In this document: positions 60,936 to 64,000 of the stretch, piece by piece | Position numbering within the stretch: the stretch's first letter is position 1 | Layout of the letters: every line of letters begins with the position of its first letter | Assembly: GCA_951406725.2 (NCBI GenBank) | Contig: OX597816.1 | Location: forward strand, 159,960,001-160,024,000 | Source of the DNA: Octopus vulgaris | Lineage: Eukaryota | Length of the DNA: 64,000 bases | Direction of reading: 5' to 3' | The notes under the pieces: model-generated | Database searches by the model: none | The model's input: only the letters and a program-made list of their open reading frames with translations | What the model was told of the DNA's origin: nothing | Made by a program: the position numbers and the translations under genes

Positions 60936-62407
60936 TTAGGTTTCATATGAAATACCGTATTTGAAAGGTAACAATAAAATGTTTCTTATTTCTTTTATTG
61001 CCCACAAGGGGCTAAACATAATGAGGACAAACAACGACAGACAAAGGGATTAAGTCGATTACATCGACCCCAGTGCGTAACTGGTACTTATTTAATTGAC
61101 CCCGAAAGGATGAAAGGACAAGTCGACCTCGGCGGAATTTGAACTCAGAACGTAACGGCAGACGAAATACCGCTAAGCATTTCGCCCGGCGTGCTAACGT
61201 TTCTGCCAGCTCGCCGCCTTTATGTTTCAGAAGTGTTAGAGAACTGATTTATTTAATCAAAGCATGATCCATGTTCATTTATGACATTTACCCAACGTTT
61301 CTCTGTGTAATATATTCCATCTTAAAAAAAAATTCATCTTTGCTGTGATAAACTGTCCGAATGCTTCAATTACCTCTTATCTATTTAAGAATATTTTATT
61401 GCTTATGAAAAGCTGAAAATGCTTAAATAAGTGATGACCAGTAGGAGAGATGTTAGGGGAATAGGGAGAATGTTGCAAAATCTCATAATTCAGGATTTGC
61501 AACTTTTGGACCGTAGCTTGAGGAGTGTGAGGACGTGCATTGTCGTAGAGCGAAATTGGGTCATCTCTATTAACTAGTGTGGGTTGCTTCTTTTCCAAAT
61601 TCTCATGCGTACAATCAATTTTCTGGCAATACGATGTTGCTGTTACCGTTTTACCTTGTTGCAAAAATGAATAATGAATAACTCACTTCGCAGACCACAA
61701 ACATTTTAGAGTGCAATGGTAGGTTTTGGTAGAGTTTAGGTAACCCTCCTGCATCTAATCACTGTCCTGTTCTGTTGTTAAAAAGTATCCATTTCTCATC
61801 ACAGGTAATGATTTGATGCAAAAATGGTCTTTTTCCAGTCGAGAAAGCAATAAAGAGCACACTTCGAGGCGTCTGTTTTTTTTTTTAAATCTTGTTCAGT
61901 TGATGTGGAACAAACCTATCCATTTTCTTGACTTTTCCAATTTTTACGGGTGTCCAAAAACAGTTGTGCGAGATATTTGGAATTCTGACGAAAGTTTACG
62001 AACCTTTGTGCTCGGATTTGGTTCAAACAAAGCATTTAATCCATCATGCCGAATAACTGATTTTGGTCTACCCCTTGGTTTATTTTCAAGGCTATAATCT
62101 CCTGAACGAGAGCTTTGGAACCATCTTTGAACAATTCTGATGTCGACAAAACCATTAACAAAGGTCCGCTTGATATTCCGTAGAGCTTCTGCGGCAGAGT
62201 GACCCAGTTTGTATTCATACGAGAAAATCACTTAACATAGTTTGGTTGTTATCATTTTCATAAGGTCTGTGGGTTCGAATTTTGTGTACCAATATTGCTG
62301 GGAAAGAAAAAGAGTCAAGGTTAAATGCAAGGTATACATAATTGAGTTTTTAAATGACTGAAATAACAAGTAATTAAAAATGCGGCATTTCATGTGAAAC
62401 AACCCAA
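60936..62407 (-). mobile_element. Near full-length decayed mariner with a SINE insertion at 60985-61219
   Basis: Imperfect TIRs with TA ends; YEYKLGHSAAEA...VQRWF...GRPK; YDNARPH, HSPYSPNISP. Confidence 0.88.
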
Positions 62408-63054
62408 TAAAAGCTGTCTTACATTAAATTGAAAGATTACGCAATAACATGTATATGTATGTATGTAAAAATTATAATATGGGTGCTGAATGATTTCAAC
62501 ACCAATCTCCTAGAAATAGACCCCAAATGATCCATGAGCCACTTAGATTATTACTCCAGTACACATGGTTGTAAGCAAAGAAAAGAGACAGCGATGATTT
62601 ATAAAATAATTATTAAATCAGAAACCACTGTTGCAAATATAAAACTGTAATTTTTAAAAATATCTTTTAGTAGGAAAGGCAGGACCAATTCGCCAGCATT
62701 CACGCATGTGCAAGCGTGCACGCACATGCACAATGCATGCATACATACATGAATATATATATATATATACATGCATACGTATATACAGATATGCATTTAT
62801 CCATCCATTCATCCATTCGTCCATCCATCCATACACCCATATAAATACATGCGTGCATATATGCATGCATGCATCCATCCATCCATCCATCCATACATAC
62901 AAACATACATGCATGCCTACATGCACACTTGTATGTATTGCTGACCTTGTGCCAAAATTTGAAACTAATACATACAACACGTTTCTTTTCAGGTTTTCTT
63001 TCGAACCCTTTTCATATTGCAGCTTTCGGCGGTTTTATTTGCATCAAGCATTAA

Positions 63055-63585
63055 GTATGGCTCAGCACTAGCACAGAAAGGCTCGGCACTGCATGGTTCA
63101 CCACTACATTACTCAACAATACATGGATAGGCACTGCACGGATCAGCACTGAATAGCTCAACACTGCATTGCTCAACACCGCATGGATCAGCAGAGCAAG
63201 GCTCAACACTGCGTGAATCAGCACTGCGTGGATCAGCACTGCATGGATCAGCACTGCATAGCTCAACACTGCATGGATCAACACAGCATGGGTCAGCATT
63301 ACATAGTTCAACACAGCAAGGCTCAAGACGGCATGGTTGAACACTGCATAGCTCAACACTGCATTGCTCAGCACTGCAAGGATCATCATTGCTTGGTTCA
63401 TCAAAGCAAGGCTCAGCACTGCATGGATCAGCACTGCATGGATCAGCACTGCATGGATCAGCACTGCATGAATCAGCACTGAAAGTTTCAGCACTGTATG
63501 GATTAGCGCTGCATGGATCAGGTTTGCAAGGCTCACCACTGCATGGATCAGCACTGTATGGATCAGCATTGCATGGATCAGCACT
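63055..63585. repeat. 15-bp minisatellite (consensus CAGCACTGCATGGAT), about 35 units
   Basis: Directly visible; explains the repetitive ORFs (QHCMD, HGSAL, LIHAV)n. Confidence 0.92.
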
Positions 63586-64000
63586 TCCGTTTCTGAATCC
63601 CTGCTGACTTCATAATATTATTGATTTTATTTAGAACTTTATAATTTAATCTCATTCGCAATCGGTGAGCAATAGCATTGTTGGTTACACTATTCCAACG
63701 GAACATAAGAAATATCATAAAGGAGTTCCTCCTAAAAATACTAATATTTTGGTTATTCATTTGTGAATAAATATGGAATTTCCATAGTTATTCATTTATG
63801 CATATCTATTCCAGGCCCACTTTATAATGTATTGCACGAGGTGACCGTTTCTGTGATTAGATCTGCCAATGATCGCATTATCATGCGTGTATCGGACAAC
63901 ACTATCCTCTTGGTATGGATCTTTGTCAAATATTTTAACCCTATTTTTAACAGGGGTATGGGTCTGAAGTTACTTACAGCGTCCGCCTTCCGCAAATCCT

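Overview
Repeat-rich, AT-rich animal genomic DNA. The SINE/LINE/microsatellite landscape looks like a coleoid cephalopod such as Octopus (inference, not proven). One host gene is supported: a complete 15-exon ATAD3 (mitochondrial AAA+ ATPase) on the minus strand, CDS 51205->19341. Read by eye it has GT-AG introns, consistent phases and 1929 nt / 642 aa, ending in a Ser/Pro-rich microsatellite-like tail. The rest is mostly transposable elements: decayed RTE LINEs carrying a PHD-like finger, a CR1/L2 tail, an R4/Dong-like RLE element in (TACA)n tracts, mariner relics, hAT/MULE/piggyBac/pogo MITEs, non-autonomous Helitrons, three SINE families and a recent 1.4-kb tandem duplication. Two non-coding signals stand out. 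First, five loci, four of them within fold-back or inverted-repeat elements, carry minimal hammerhead-ribozyme motifs of the Penelope type (best at 57616-57687; a U3:A8 variant at 10280-10307). Second, the RTE 3' UTR holds a variable-copy 67-bp tandem array whose unit fits an H-type pseudoknot with compensatory changes. All RNA structures were folded by eye and need computational and biochemical confirmation.
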